Origin: Eledone cirrhosa
Lineage: Eukaryota
Direction of reading: 5' to 3'
Length of the DNA: 64,000 nt
NCBI GenBank assembly: GCA_964016885.1
Contig: OZ024740.1
Coordinates: 360,344,001 to 360,408,000, forward strand
In this document: positions 24,391-38,860 of the stretch, piece after piece
Layout of the letters: each line of letters opens with the position of its first letter
How positions within the stretch are numbered: the stretch's first letter is position 1
Made by a program: the position numbers and the translations under genes
Notes under the pieces: model-generated
What the model saw: only the letters and a program-made list of their open reading frames with translations
Database searches by the model: none
Told to the model about the DNA's origin: nothing

Positions 24391-24977
24391 GTAATCTATT
24401 ATAACTATGGTTGTGAGTGGGTGGGAGGGAAACGGGTAACTTTAGGAGATGTAAGCATCTTTTCAAACGTGTGAGAGATAATAAATAATATTAAAAAAAA
24501 TAAAATTCCGAGAGAGAAAAGTTTGTTAGATTCTAAAACAGTCTATAATAAATAACAGTATCTACAGTACGTAATTCCGAGAGACAAACGTTTGTTAGAA
24601 TAGTCTTTCCTTTAATGATAAAATTAATGGCCAAATGGACTGAGGAGGAGGGACAAGAAATTAAAGAGGGACTTATATTACTGATCAACCTCAGTTTGAC
24701 AGTAAAGTTAGATAAATTCTGGCTCACTACACAAGCGAAGTGTATTTTATATTTGCGGAGGGGGGGGGGGGGGCAGTGTTTAGGAGATGTAAGCATATTT
24801 TCAAACGTGTGAGACATAATAAATAACAAAATTCTGAGAGAGAAAAGTTAGTTAGATTCTAGAACAGTCTATAAGGTATAACAGTAACTAGAGTATATAA
24901 TTCTGAGAGACAAAAGTTTAAGAGATGTAAGCATGATGTATATATGTGTATATATATTTATATGTGTATATATATAT

Positions 24978-24978
<1 letters not shown>

Positions 24979-25008
<30 letters not shown>

Positions 25009-25285
25009 CCGTTTTATGTCCGTTCTTCCACGCTAGCATGGGTTAGACGGGTTGTCCTGTTGTGGGCAGTATGGTCGGCTGACCATGCCTTGCTCATACA
25101 GGAACTGATTTGGCTTGATTTCTACAGCTGGATGCCCTTCCTAACACCAACCTCATTTACAGTGAGTGCTGGGTGCTTTTTCGTGGCGCCTACACATCCA
25201 CTTTACAGTGTGGGCTGGGTGCTTTTTTGCTGTGGCACCTTCACGACCACCTTGCAGTGGGAGGGTGTGGGGGCATATTGTCTAT
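24979..25285 (-). mobile_element. RTE 3' UTR fragment
   Basis: Near-identical to 14200-14495 and 31940-32245, with a (GAT)n tail. Confidence 0.85.
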
Positions 25286-25394
25286 ATGTATATATATATG
25301 TATGTATATATATGTCTCTGATGGTAGCTAAGATGTTTCCGTAGGCGGTATGCAAGTTGAGCACTCTATGCTCTTACAGAGCAGAGTATGATAT

Positions 25395-25548
25395 AATAGA
25401 AAATGAAAAATCAGGGATGCATCTAATCTCAATTTATTGTGTGTTACAATGATCCATACAATGATCGCGTCTCGAGCTATCTGCCGGCGAAACAATTGTA
25501 ACACAATAAATTGAGTTCAGATGCATCACTGATTTTTCGTTTTCTATT
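25395..25548. repeat. imperfect inverted repeat (about 55-bp arms) carrying the 3' half of a hammerhead
   Basis: aatagaaaatgaaaaatcagggatgcatct...ttattgtgtgttacaat pairs with attgtaacacaataaa...agatgcatcactgatttttcgttttctatt. GAAA-caattg-TA lies at 25489-25500. Confidence 0.75.
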
Positions 25549-25549
25549 T

Positions 25550-25643
25550 TATGTGTATATATATATATATATATGTGTGTGTTTGTGTGTGTATATATAT
25601 GTGTTTGTGTGTGTATATATATGTGTTTGTGTGTGTATATATA

Positions 25644-25716
<73 letters not shown>

Positions 25717-25990
25717 ATATATATATATATATGTGTGTGTGTATATATATGTGTGTTTGTATATATATGTGTGTGTGTATATATATAAATGTGTGTATAT
25801 ATGTGTTTGATATATATATGTGTGTGTGTATATATATATATGTGTGTGTGTGTGTATATATATATTTCTATATATATGTGTGTGTGTATATATATATATA
25901 TATGTATGTATATATGTGTGTGTGTGTGTATTTATATATGTTTGTGTGTGTATATATGTATATATTTATATATGTCTGTGTGTGTATACA
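25550..25990. repeat. (TA)n/(TG)n compound microsatellite
   Basis: Directly visible. Confidence 0.95.
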
Positions 25991-26934
25991 GTTCCTGTAT
26001 ACCTCTTATTAATCCACATGTCAATCCACGTTTTTTTGGTTTCCTCATGCAATATATTTCTGCTGTAATTTTTCATCTATTGTTTGTCCTCATGTAAATA
26101 CTCTTAAGTTTCAAAAGACCAAAAGTTTATTATTCTCACTATAGGTAAAACTACAGAAGTTACCTTTTTATTATGGGAAATGTCTTTACAACAGTTTGTT
26201 TATAATAGAGGTGTGGTTTTTAAACTCCACTGTTAATTGTTAAACTATTTCATAGTACTTCCTTCTGCTTCTAAGTCATGAAAGTTGGAAATAATACTAT
26301 ACAGTTTATTTTATTGATTTGTCATGTGTCTCAGTCATGTGTCGTCTCATCTATAAAACCAAGTGACCTCAGATCTGACCTCATCACACCCTCCTCCGTT
26401 TCTCTTGGTTTGTTCTACTTTTGTTATAATAGTATCACATCTATTATCCACCATAGCTAGTTATATATTTCATGTATCATCTATCATTATCATCACCACC
26501 CCCACCATTTTACATCCATTGGTTAGCATGGGTTAGACGAGTTGCCCTGTTGTGGGCAATGCTAGGTTAGTTGTTGAAATGGCAAGTTAATTTTGTTTAT
26601 CGGTCATCTTTCTCTTGTATACATCAACTGGTGTTTGTAATGTCCAATAATGCAATGAAGTGGACGCAGCATGGTTGAATGGCTAAGAAGTTTCCTTTGC
26701 AATCATTAAATCCCAGGTTTGATCCTACTCTGAAGCATCTTTGGAAAGTGTCATTTGCCGTAGTGTTGGATCAACCCATGTCATGTGAGTGAAATTGGGT
26801 AAATGATGCAAAACTGTCATATGGACTGTACCTGTAATTCAAAATGCCAGCCTTATCACAAACTGTCATGTTGAATCTCCCTGAGAATTATGTTAATTTT
26901 TCATGTGTCTATGGAATAGCCAGCTACTTAAACT

Positions 26935-27145
26935 GTTCTACACCTACCATAAACATTATGAAAAGCTAGTGTGTGTTAAGGCTCAGTCCAACCACCCTAG
27001 ATTAGTTATTAAAGCCATAGTTAAAAGTGTCTCAGATAAAATTTCTAATTTATCTGCCAGCCAGATCTTCAACGATATTGTGGAGTATTATAATGTAGCT
27101 TTAACTAAGGCAGCTCATGGTCAGAGTATTAGTTATAATCCTAGC
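26935..27145 (+). mobile_element. Penelope-like fragment (post-RT region)
   Basis: YHKH...SNHPRLVIKAIVKSVSDKISNLSA...EYYNVALTKA, homologous to ORF 46828..47094. Confidence 0.7.
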
Positions 27146-27699
27146 AGATACGGTAGAGGTACCCTTTGAGAGCATTCAGAAACCAAACTCAGGGAAGAGG
27201 AACACCGAGTGAATACTAGTGGGTGGGGGTGCTGCGTGATGCAGGTACACACTAAAACCTTCATTTTTTAGGAAGAACTTAAATTTAGAACCAAAACCTC
27301 TAGATCTGCTCTCCGATCACACATTACACTAGAGATTTTATGTCAACAATTCCTCAGAACATGAATAATTCTTAGATATTTTGATAGTGACAAGAGTAAG
27401 GAGTGAAGGCTGTTAAGTTGACCAATAGGTATCCAACAGTCTCTGGTTCTACTTAAATGGTACTTACCATTGGTTGAGAAGTAATTATCTGTAGACTAAA
27501 GGGGATAGTGTCAGTTATGGGAATGTTTAAGAGAAATAGATAACTTTCTTTTTATTTGCCACCAGGGCATCAAAAAGTGGGACAAGTACAATGGGGGGAG
27601 TTTACATGAAAAGGCGTCCTCAATAAGGAGGAGGCAATAACAAAATATAAAAGTAAAATAAAATATAACAATAAATTTTATAACAAAATCCTCAATAGG

Positions 27700-30520
27700 G
27701 AAGAGGCGCCTTGGGGGGTTGCACACACCCCCGAAAAAAAGTGTGCAACCCTTCTCCTCAGGAGCACAGAGAGGGGGTGCTCCCTTGATCTTTCATCTTC
27801 CTCACCTACAGTCTGATGTAGTGTGAAGGCCCATTCACACGGGCCATTCTCGCCACTTTCACCCATCTTTCATAAAAACGGCTGGGGTGCAGCACCTCTC
27901 TCTCCATCCTGATCCTTATTCCGAAATGATATCGGAAGAAACGGACCAGTTGTTGGCCAGAGAGAAAGGTGTCTGACCTCAGCCCTTTCAGACGCGTCCA
28001 CCATACAACCTCTTTCGCCATGGCTATTACGCACAGAAACACCGCCTCTCCTTCGTTTTTGAGGAGGGGAGGCGGCTTGATCGTTACAATAGACTCGGTA
28101 GTCAACCGGATCGGTCCCACCCTTGACAGCAGTTGTTCGACATAGCCCCCACAGATCGGCAATGCCCGAGCAGTGTACCAATGCGTGTGCAACGGTTTCC
28201 TCGTCGCACACGCATCTGGGACAGATCTTTTTCAAGGGGTCCCTAACCAGGTGCCCGTGTCTGTAGAGCCTTTCTCGAACAGGCAGAGCCCATCGGTAGC
28301 ACTGCCAGGCCAGGGACCTCTGGAAGTTATCCATGGGTCCCAGGCTGAATGTCCTACTGAACAGGTTGGCCAGTTCATCTTCCTCCATGCCTAGGGCTTC
28401 TCCGAGGACGTCGTCACACCTGCTAACCACCAGCCTATAGAATGACGAGGTGGATTCTCCACTGACAGCCAGGTCCGCCTGCCAGAGAGCCGTGAGTGCC
28501 TGGGCACACTTGGTGTGCCAGGCGCCCAGTTTTCTCGGTCTTTGCTTGACCCAGGATTGCAGCTCGGTGAGTGAGATGAGTCTGGGAAAGGCTCACCTCA
28601 CAAACGGGGCCCACACCGGTTGACCGGTGAGGAATACCTGGAGGTGCCGTAGCCTTAATGCGTGTTTACGTATCATTAGCCACGGCATTCCCAGCCCTCC
28701 TTTCGAAGGGTGTTGACAGCAGATGGATCTCCTCACCAATGGAGCCCGCTTCTTCCAAAGGAATTGGAAGAGTGCGCGCTCCATTTTGGCAAGTGTTTCC
28801 CTTGGGCAAGGCACAACGGTCAGGCGGTAGTAGATGACGGACGCTATATAAGTGTTCGCCACCTCCGCCCGACCTTTCAGGGACAGTTTGCACTCGGCCC
28901 ACTTCTGGGTCAGTGCAAACACCCTGTTCGTTACCTCACCCCAGTTCTTCTCCACCTGGAGGTCTGGTCCGAACCAGACCCTGAGCAACTTCACCGGGCC
29001 CTCCGTCCAGCGCCCGACGACGCCATCGGAGGGCATCTATCTGCCCCTCTACGTGCCGAGTTGCAGACCGATCGACTTGTCCCGGTTCAGCTTAGCTGAT
29101 CGCCCCGATTTCCGAGGCCGTCGACACCATTACTGTTACGTCATCGGCGTAGGCCAACACCACTTTCCGCAATCCCGATTCCAACGGGATGCCCTGCAAC
29201 AACTTCAACTTCCGCAGCAGTGGCTCTAGAGTCATTACATACAGAAGGGAGGAGAGAGGGCACCCTTGTCGGATGGACCGCGCAATTTCGAACGGCTCCA
29301 AGAAGTAGCCGTTCACCTTGACCCTAGAGCAGATGCGGCTGCTGTGCATGGCATTGATCCAGCCCCTGAAAACGGGTCCGAAGCCTGCCGCCGCTAGCAC
29401 CGCATCCAGGTAACCATGGTCGACCCTATCGAACGCCTTAGATTGATCCAAGTTGATCAGGGCCCTACCAAAGCCGGGTTCGTAACCAACCCTCTCTATG
29501 ATGTATCGCATGAGGTGGAGGTTGTCGTGGATGGACCTGGACGGGATAGCACATGTCTGCGCATCTCCCACCAGGTTGCCCACGACAAGCGCCAACCTCT
29601 TTGCTAGCACCTTGGCCAAAATCTGTAACTCTGTATTTAGCAGAGTTATGGGCCTGAAATTATTTATATCGTCCCCCTTGTTCTCGTCCTTCCTCACTAG
29701 CGTGACTACGCCCTTGGTCACAGCACAGGGAATTCTCCCGTTCTGTTGCCAGTTGCAGTAGACCGCCTCGAGGAGATCGGGGAACAAATCCGGCATAGCT
29801 AGATATAGTTTGTATGGAAGACCATCGAGACCCGGGGATTTGCGTTTGCCGCATTGGCTCAGCACGTCCTCTATCTCAGCGGCTGAAATCGGCTCCTCGC
29901 AGGACTTCGCCTCCCTGTCCGAGAGACGCGGCAGGCCGTCGAGGTATGGACCCTTCCCCAACCAGCTCCCCGCCCCTTCCGAACAATCTGGGAAAGTGCT
30001 TTTGAAAAGCCTCGCACATCTGCTTAGGCTCAAGGATCACCCGTCCATCCTAGTCTCGCAAAGACCGGATAGTGGATCTACTCCCTCTTTTGGCTTCTGT
30101 CACGCGGGCCCAGCTAACAGCTTTGGTCCCCTCGTTTCCCAGAGCACGTATTTTGCTTCGGACGATGCAGCCTTCGTGTTTCGCGTCGAAGAACTGGCCC
30201 AGGGCCGTTCTCGACCTCTGGACACTATCTACCAACTCCCTTTCCTTCCTATTTCTATTTGAGGCTAACTCCTTACTAAATTCTATAGAGACTACTCTAA
30301 TCTCTCTTTTGAGAGATCCCCACCACCTGCTGTTGACGATGGCGCCCGTCAACCGCTCCTTAACTAAAGTGCTAATCAGGTCCCTCTAAGCCTTACTTGC
30401 CGGTAAGGACAAGTTGAGCTTCCAGTAACCGGGTCCCTGTCTATGCGTTCTGTCAAGGTTGACCATGCAGGTCGCTAACTTGTGGTCTGAATAGCCAACC
30501 ATGCGCATTTTTGGACAACT
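27700..30520 (-). mobile_element. L1-clade (Tx1-like) LINE ORF2 relic
   Basis: GYSDHK, GPGYWKLN, KSPGLDGLP, NFRPITLLNT, DQSKAFDRVDH, RQGCPLS, YADD, GGLG and C-terminal CPRC...ETVAHALVHC. GC-rich and frameshifted. Confidence 0.92.
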
Positions 30521-30786
30521 TAAAAAAAGAGAAATAGATAGGTAATAAATTTATTGGGTATTAGTCATATCAACTGGACCATTACAGATAAGTGTGTCAA
30601 GGAAATAAATGCAGGAAATAAATTCTATTAGAATTGCCATTGCCAGTTTGAAATTAAGAACAAATCGTTTTCGGTGTGCCCGGTCGACTGAACTCATTCG
30701 ATATGCAAATTAGGCTGCTCAGTCGTTAATATGCATAAGGAAAGTATATAGTTTCAGACGTTCAACCATCTGGCAGGAAGGTATAA

Positions 30787-30825
30787 GATGCTGACGATAG
30801 CTAATAAGCTTGAAACTAGTACATC
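30787..30825 (+). ncRNA. minimal type I hammerhead ribozyme
   Basis: gatg-CTGACGA-tagctaataagctt-GAAA-ctag-TA-catc. Predicted cut after 30821. Confidence 0.86.
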
Positions 30826-31229
30826 GTTCCTGTGTCAGTTGTGAACAAAAAGGTGACGTGGTTGCCTAAACACTGTACGGCGTAATTCGGGCTGTTTGTT
30901 TGTTTACAAACAAACAAACCGAGCATTATAATAAATGTTTGGTAAACCGATACGTGCATATATCCATGTGTGCATGTATGTATATATATACAGACTACTG
31001 TATGTCTGTATACATATATGTATGTACGTATACATACATACATACTTACATTTAAGTAAGTGCCGTACTAAGAGTGAGAAATGAAATTTAGTTTCATTTT
31101 TTCCATTTATCGTTTGCGGTGTGCCTGGCCGACTGAACTCACTCGATATGCAAATTAGGCTGCTCAGTCGTTAATATGCATAAGGAAAGTATATACTTTC
31201 AAACGTTCAACCATCGGGTAGGAAGGTAT

Positions 31230-31272
31230 ACGATGCTGACGATAGCTAATAAGCTTGAAACTAGTACATCGT
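31230..31272 (+). ncRNA. minimal type I hammerhead ribozyme
   Basis: acgatg-CTGACGA-tagctaataagctt-GAAA-ctag-TA-catcgt. Perfect 6-bp helix I; predicted cut after 31266. Confidence 0.9.
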
Positions 31273-31751
31273 TCCTGTGTCAGTGTTGAACAAAAAGGTG
31301 ACGTGGTTGCCTAAAGACTGTACGGCGTAATTTGGGCTGTTTGTTTGTTTACAAACAAACAACCGAGCATTATAATAAATGTTAGGTAAACCGATACGTG
31401 CATATATCCATGTGTGCATGTATGTATATATATACATACTACTGTACGTCTATATACATACATACATACTTATATATATGTATATGTATATATATATGTA
31501 TATGTATATATATATGTATATATGTATATATATATGTATATATGTATATATATATGTATATATGTATATGTATATATATGTATATATATATGTATATATG
31601 TATATGTATATATATGTATACATATATACATATATATACATATATGTTATTTTAATATATATATATGTATATATATATGTATATACATGTGTATATGTAT
31701 ATATATGTGTATATATATATTTATATGTATGTATATGTATATATATGTATG

Positions 31752-31785
<34 letters not shown>

Positions 31786-31921
31786 ACTGTAGAAAACTTG
31801 CCAGACAGTCCTATGCGAGCAAGACAATCACTCTTGCCTCAAGTGGGACTACCCCCGTCCAAACCCATGCAAGCGTGGAACACGGACGTTAAACGTTGAT
31901 GATGATGATGATGATGATGAT
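31786..31921 (+). mobile_element. extreme 3' end of an RTE (heavily 5'-truncated)
   Basis: Matches 54113-54247 and the reverse complement of 19016-19145, with a (GAT)n tail. Confidence 0.85.
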
Positions 31922-31939
31922 ATATATGTATATATATGT

Positions 31940-34670
31940 ATCATCGTCATCATCATCATCATCACCGTTTTACGTCCGTTCTTCCACGCTAGCATGGGTT
32001 AGACGGGTTGTCCTGTTGTGTGCAGTGTCTGGTCGGCTGACCATGCCTTGCTCATACAGGAACTGATCTGGCTTGATTTCTACAGCTGGATGCCCTTCCT
32101 AACACCAACCTCATTTACAGTGAGTGCTGGGTGCTTTTTCGTGGCGCCTACACGTCCACTTTATAGTGTGGGCTGGGTGCTTTTTTGCTGTGGCACCTCC
32201 ACGACCACCTTGCGGTGGGGGGTGTGGGGGCATATTATTTATATGCTTCAGCATGTACCCGTGGGAGGTCGGGTACTCTGTATTACTGCGTGACTTCTGG
32301 CGTCACGGTCGTGTGTCATTGTCTTTGAGAGGTGTTCTTACCCTAGTTATTGTACTTTCTGAACACCCACCTCCGTTGCTAATTCGGTCACCTAGGTAGC
32401 AGAAGCTGTCTACTGTTTCTACAGGGCCCTCCCAGAGATTGGTGGTACTTGTTTCCTGTGGCTGTTTGCTGCTTGCTGTTTCAGCACAGCTGCTGCATGT
32501 GAATCCTACATTCTTAATTAAGCTTCCTGAGATCCCGCTACATCTCTTGTGTACCCATTGTTTGCATTTGGGGCAGAGAATGGAGTTCCTACCTACACCT
32601 TTCCTACATACTGAGCAAGGCCATTTCCCTGAGGGGATCTGGGTTCTGTTTTCTCGTCTACTTACAAGGACCTTAGTCTTTGTCATGTTGACTTTGAGAC
32701 CCTTTCTCTCTAGTCCCTGCTTCCAGGTTTGGAATTTATTCTCTAGTTCTATCATAGATTCAGCTATGAGTGCGAGGTCATCAGCATACAGGAGTTCCCA
32801 TGGGCATCCGGTCTTAAATTCCTCCGTCATTGCCTGCAGGACTATGATGAACAGGAGAGGGCTAAGAACAGAGCCCTGGTGGACCCCAACCTGTACGCTA
32901 AATTCCTCGCTATACTCATTGCTAATCCTAACTTTGCTGACTGCTCCCCTATACATGGCTTGTACCGCTTTCACAAGCCATTCATCTACTCCTAGTTTTC
33001 TAAGAGCCCACCAGATTACAGCACGTGGAACTCTGTCAAAGGCTTTCTCAAGGTCGACAAATGCCAAGTAGAGTGGCTTACTTTTAGCTAGGTACTTTTC
33101 CTGTAATTGCCTCACAAGGAAGAGGGCATCAGTGGTGCCTCTTCCTGGTACAAACCCAAATTGCATCTCGTCTATATTCACCCGGTCCCTAATCAGCTGT
33201 GCTATAACTCTTTCTGTTACTTTCATGACCTGGTCGATCAACTTTATACCTCTATAGTTTCCTCTATCTAGTGCGTCGCCTTTGCCTTTGTAGCAGTTGA
33301 CAATGATGCTACTGCACCAATCTTTTGGTATGGCCCCTTCTAGTATTACCTGGTTAACGATACGTGTGGTTATAGTGTGACCTACAGACCCAGATGCCTT
33401 CAGCATCTCGGCAGCTATACCCGATGGACCGGTTGCCTTCCCCATCTTCATATCTCTGATTGCCTTACTTACTACGCTGCCGCTGACTTGTACTGCTGGT
33501 CCCTCTATAGGGTCTACTTGGGGTAGGGTCTCTTCTTCCCATGCATTCTCCTCATTTAGTAATCTATCATAATGACTCTTCCATGCATCTTTCTTCTCAG
33601 CACTTGTGAGGGCAAGCTCACCTTTATCATTCCGGATACACTTCTCTCCAATGACATCACAACTATCTCTGACACACTGCCTCGCAATCTTGAATACCTC
33701 CTGTTTCTGGTCCTCACGTTGTAAAACATGCTTGAATTTTCTATCCTCTGCTTCCCTCCTAGCTAAGTATACTTGTCGCCTAGCTTCCCTCTTGGTCTCT
33801 ATGTAATGTACCCTGCTCCCCCCGTTCTTCCATTCTTTCCATGCCTGTCTCTTGGCCTTGACTGCTTCATCTACCTTATTGTTCCACCACCAAGTCACTC
33901 TCCTCCTGCTTGAGGTCTTACTCCAGCCACAGACCTCATCCGTCGCCTCTAGTAAATTATTTTTTAGGAACTCCCAGTTCTCTTCTACATTAAATGTCTC
34001 TATCTGTTCTTCTTTACTGTCGTAGGCGTTCAGTAAAATATCTTTAAATCTGTTACTGGTTGCGGGGACTTTCAGCTTCCAGATCTTTCTTCTCCAGGTT
34101 GGCCTCTGTTTCAGGGCTCGTCTAGTTCTGACCGTGAGGTCGCTGACAACTAAGCTATGTTGGGATGTACATTCCTCACTAGGGAAGGCTTTTGTGTTTA
34201 CGGCCGTCCATCTGTCACGTCCTCTGATGAGGATAAAATCTAACTGACTAGAGTGCTCCCCTGATCTATAGGTGATCAGGTGGTTGTCGGGTTTTTTAAA
34301 GTTTGTGTTACATATCGACATGTCATTGGCGTCGCAGAATTCTAGAAGTCTGAATCCTTCCTCATTCCTTGTGCCAACTCCATGGCCTCCATGTACTCTA
34401 TTGAAGCCGTCGCAGTGTTTACCTATGTGTCCGTTAAAATCTCCTGCGATGATTAGGAAGTCCTTGTCGTCTGTTAGAGCAGTAGTGTGTATTAGGGACT
34501 CGTAAAACCTATCCTTAAGTTCGTCTGGCAGCCCCGATTGGGGTGCGTAAGCTGATATTATTGTGGTAATTGTCTTATTCAGGACTAGTCTGAGTTTAAT
34601 GATTCTTGCATTTACCCTGTACACTGAGATTACTTTATCTACCCACTTGTCAGCTAATAGTATACCTAGT
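31940..34670 (-). mobile_element. RTE LINE with long open ORF (APE-RT) and a C-terminal internal deletion
   Basis: ORF 32303..34765 is open from GILLADKWVDKV through YADD to ESTITRVRT, then jumps to the element's 3' end. Confidence 0.95.
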
Positions 34671-34713
34671 ATATGTATATATATGTATATATATATATAT
34701 ATATGTATATGTA

Positions 34714-37673
34714 TCATCATCATCATCATCATCATCATTTTACGTCCGCTTTTCCCTGCTTGCAAGGGTGGGACGGGTCTTATTCAGCACAGCATCTCTC
34801 CACTCGTCACGGTCCTTCGTCATCTCCACCGTGAGCTTCAATGATCTGAGGTCTGTTCTCACCACCTCCGTCCATGTTTTTCGTGGTCTACCTCTACCAC
34901 GTCTTCCTTCAACTGGCATTTCCTGGCACTTCTTCACCCATCGGTCATCCTCCATGCGCATCACATGTCCGTACCACCTCAGTCTCCTCTCCCGTACACT
35001 ACATTCTATCCCTCTCAGACACAGTTTCTCTCTCAACACATTTATGCTGGGTCGTTCACGCACATTTACACTGCACATCCAATGGAGCATGCTTGCCTCA
35101 TTTCTCTCCAGCCGTTGCATATCCTCTGCAGTTGCTGTCCATGTCTCACTACCATGCAGCATCGCGCTCCTCACACAGGCATCATACAACCGGCCTTTCG
35201 TACGCAGGGAGAAACACTTCTTCGTCAACAGAGGAAGCACCTCCCTAAACTTCTTCCTACCCGTCCTTATTCTAGATACTATGGCCTCGGAACACCCTCC
35301 TCCCATGCTAATCTGATCTCCTAGGTACCGGAAGCTATCCACCACTTCTATAGCGCCCTCCTGCATTTGAAAAATGTGTCTATCAATGCGACTTCTACTG
35401 TCTCATTACCCTGTACATCTACTGCATACATATTTCTCCCTACCTGTTAGTTTGCCTGCTATCCCGCTACATCTCTTGTGTACCCAAGAGCTGCATTGTG
35501 TGCATTTTATAGAATTTATGCCAGTTCCTTTTCTGCATATCGAACATGGCCATTTCCCTGACGGAATCAGGGTTTTGTCCTCTTTTCTACTCATCAACAA
35601 TTTTGTCTTAGCTAGGTTCACTCTCAGTCCTCTTGCTTCCAACTGCTGTTTCCATAGCCAGAATTTATTCTCTAGCTCCTCTACTGATTCTGCTATAAGA
35701 ACCAGATCGTCAGCATAGAGAAGTTCCCATGGACAGCCAGTCTTAAACTCCTCTGTTATGGCTTGGAGGACTATAATGAACAAGAGCGGGCTGAGGACCG
35801 AACCCTGATGTACTCCTACTTGTATCTGGAATTCCTCACTAAACTCCATTCCTACCCTGACTTTACTGAGAGTACCTCTGTACAAAGTTTGCACTGTCCT
35901 CACAAGCCATTCTTCAACACCTAGCTTCCTTAGGGACCACCAGATGACAGATCGGGGTACCCTATCAAAGGCCTTCTCTAGGTCAACAAAGGTTAAGTAT
36001 AGTGGCTTATTCTTCTCTAAGAACCTCTCTTGCAATTGTCTCACCAAGAAGAGGGCATCTGTTGTACTCTTTCCAAGCACAAAACCAAACTGCATCTCAT
36101 CTAGTTTTACCCTTTCTCTAATTAGTTGTGCTAATATCCTTTCTGCCACTTTCATAACCTGATCTGTCAGTTTTATACTCCTATAATTGCTCCTCTCCAG
36201 AGCATCTCCTTTACCTTTGTTGCAATTTATGAGAATACTGCTGCACCAGTCTTTGGGTATGACACCACCATATATAGCCTGATTGATGATGCGTGCAACC
36301 AGTTTAGTACCTACGTCCCCTGATGCCTTCAGCATCTCAGCAACTATTCCCGATGGTCCGGCAACCTTACCATTTTTCATTTCCCTAATCGCCTCTTGGA
36401 CCCTATATTCGTCAATCTCAATAGCTGGTCCCTCTGTCGGATCTACCAAGGGTAATTTCTCTCTCTCCCATTTGTTCTCCACATTCATCAGTCTCTCATA
36501 ATGACATTTCCAGGCCTCTTTTTTCTGATCATTCGTGACACTAAGTACACTGGCATCATCCCGGACACATTTATCTCCAACAACATCCTGATTTGCATTG
36601 ACACACTGCCTTGCAATGTGGAACACTGCACGCCTCTGATTTTCCCGTCGCAGAACATTGGCAAACCTCCTACTCTCCGCTCCCCTGCGTCCTAAGTACA
36701 CCTGACGTCTAGCTTCTCTCTTAGTGGCTGTATATTCTTCCCTACTCCTACCCTTTTTCCAAGCCTTCCATGCTAGTCTTTTGTCTCTAATGGCCTTATC
36801 TACTGTGCTGTTCCACCACCAGGTCACTCTCCGTCTGGTTGGAGCTCTACTCCAGCCACAAGTTTCATTAGTAGCCTGCAGCAAGTTGTCACGTAAGAAA
36901 TTCCAGTTATTATCTATGTCATACGTCTCTAAATCGTCTTCTTTTTCGTCATATACATCTTGAAGGGCTTTCTTAAATTTGTATTTTAGTGAAAGGTCTT
37001 TTAGCTTCCAGACCTTTCTTCTCCACACCTTCCTATATGTCTCATTCCATCTCTTACTTACTGAGATACCACTAACAACTAACCTATGCTGTGGGGTACA
37101 TTCTTCCCCAGGGTATGCCTTGGTATTAGACACTATCTGCCTTTCCCGCTGCCTAACTAGTAAGAAGTCAATCTGGCTTATGTGCTCACCAGATTTGTAG
37201 GTTATTAGGTGATTGGCAGGTTTCTGGAAGTTTGTGTTGCAAATAGTCAATGTACCTGCATCACAAAATTCAAGAAGTCTCACTCCTTCTTCATTTCTTG
37301 AACCGTAACCGTGCCCACCATGTACCCCAGTGTAACCATCCTGGAGCTGTCCAACATGACCATTGAAGTCTCCTGCTAGCATAACGATGACTCTGTCCTC
37401 TGTCATTGCGGTTGTTTGTAGAAGTTGCTCGTAAAAGCAGTCTTTCTCATCTTTGCCTAGGCCTGCTTGGGGAGCATACGCCGAGATGATTGTCAGTAGT
37501 CTCCTGCCTACAACTAATCTAAGCTTAATTATTCGATTACTAACTCGAACTACCTCTATTGTCTTATTGATCCATTTCTCAGCCAGGAAAATGCCTACTC
37601 CCCCTAACCCATCATCCTTACCTACCCAGAATAGCTTATAGCTAAGACGTTTGCCTATGATTAGTCTCGCAGA
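34714..37673 (-). mobile_element. RTE LINE (second family), near-complete ORF
   Basis: ORFs 35406..37691 and 34740..35366 are separated by one stop. Very short 3' UTR, then (GAT)n. Confidence 0.95.
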
Positions 37674-37680
37674 TATGTAT

Positions 37681-38082
37681 ATCATCATCATCGTTTAACG
37701 TCCATGTTCCATGCTTGCATGGGTTTGGACGGGAGTTTTCCCACTTGAGGCAAGAGTGGTTGTCTTGCTCGCATAGGACTGTCTGGCGGGTTTTCTACAG
37801 CTGGATGCCCTTCCTAACACCAACCACATTTACAGTGTGGGACTGGGAGGTTTTTACCGTGTTGCCTACACGGCCACATTACAGCGTGGACTGTGTGTTT
37901 TTTGTCGTGACACCTACACGATCTCATTTGTTTCGGCCTGGATGTTGTGGCACCAACATAACTTTACATTGAAAGGGGCAGTGTGGATGCGGTGGGGGTG
38001 GTGGGACGGGGTGTATTTTGTTAGAGATGCCTACTGACTGTAGTAGGTTTTACTTTGCATTTAGGTAAGGTGGGTCTTCTCT
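37681..38082 (-). mobile_element. RTE 3' UTR fragment
   Basis: Homologous to 19016-19430. Confidence 0.88.

Positions 38083-38860
<778 letters not shown>

Larger units (their letters stand above)
30665..31472 (+). mobile_element. second tandem dimer of the hammerhead-bearing unit, 445-nt period
   Basis: Reverse-complement homolog of 20827-21614. Units start at about 30665 and 31110 and run into (TA/TATG)n. Confidence 0.82.

Noticed and set aside
32439-33071. Recurrent antisense ORFs opposite the RTE RT region
   Set aside because: Explained by codon bias of the RTE ORF; no independent motifs.
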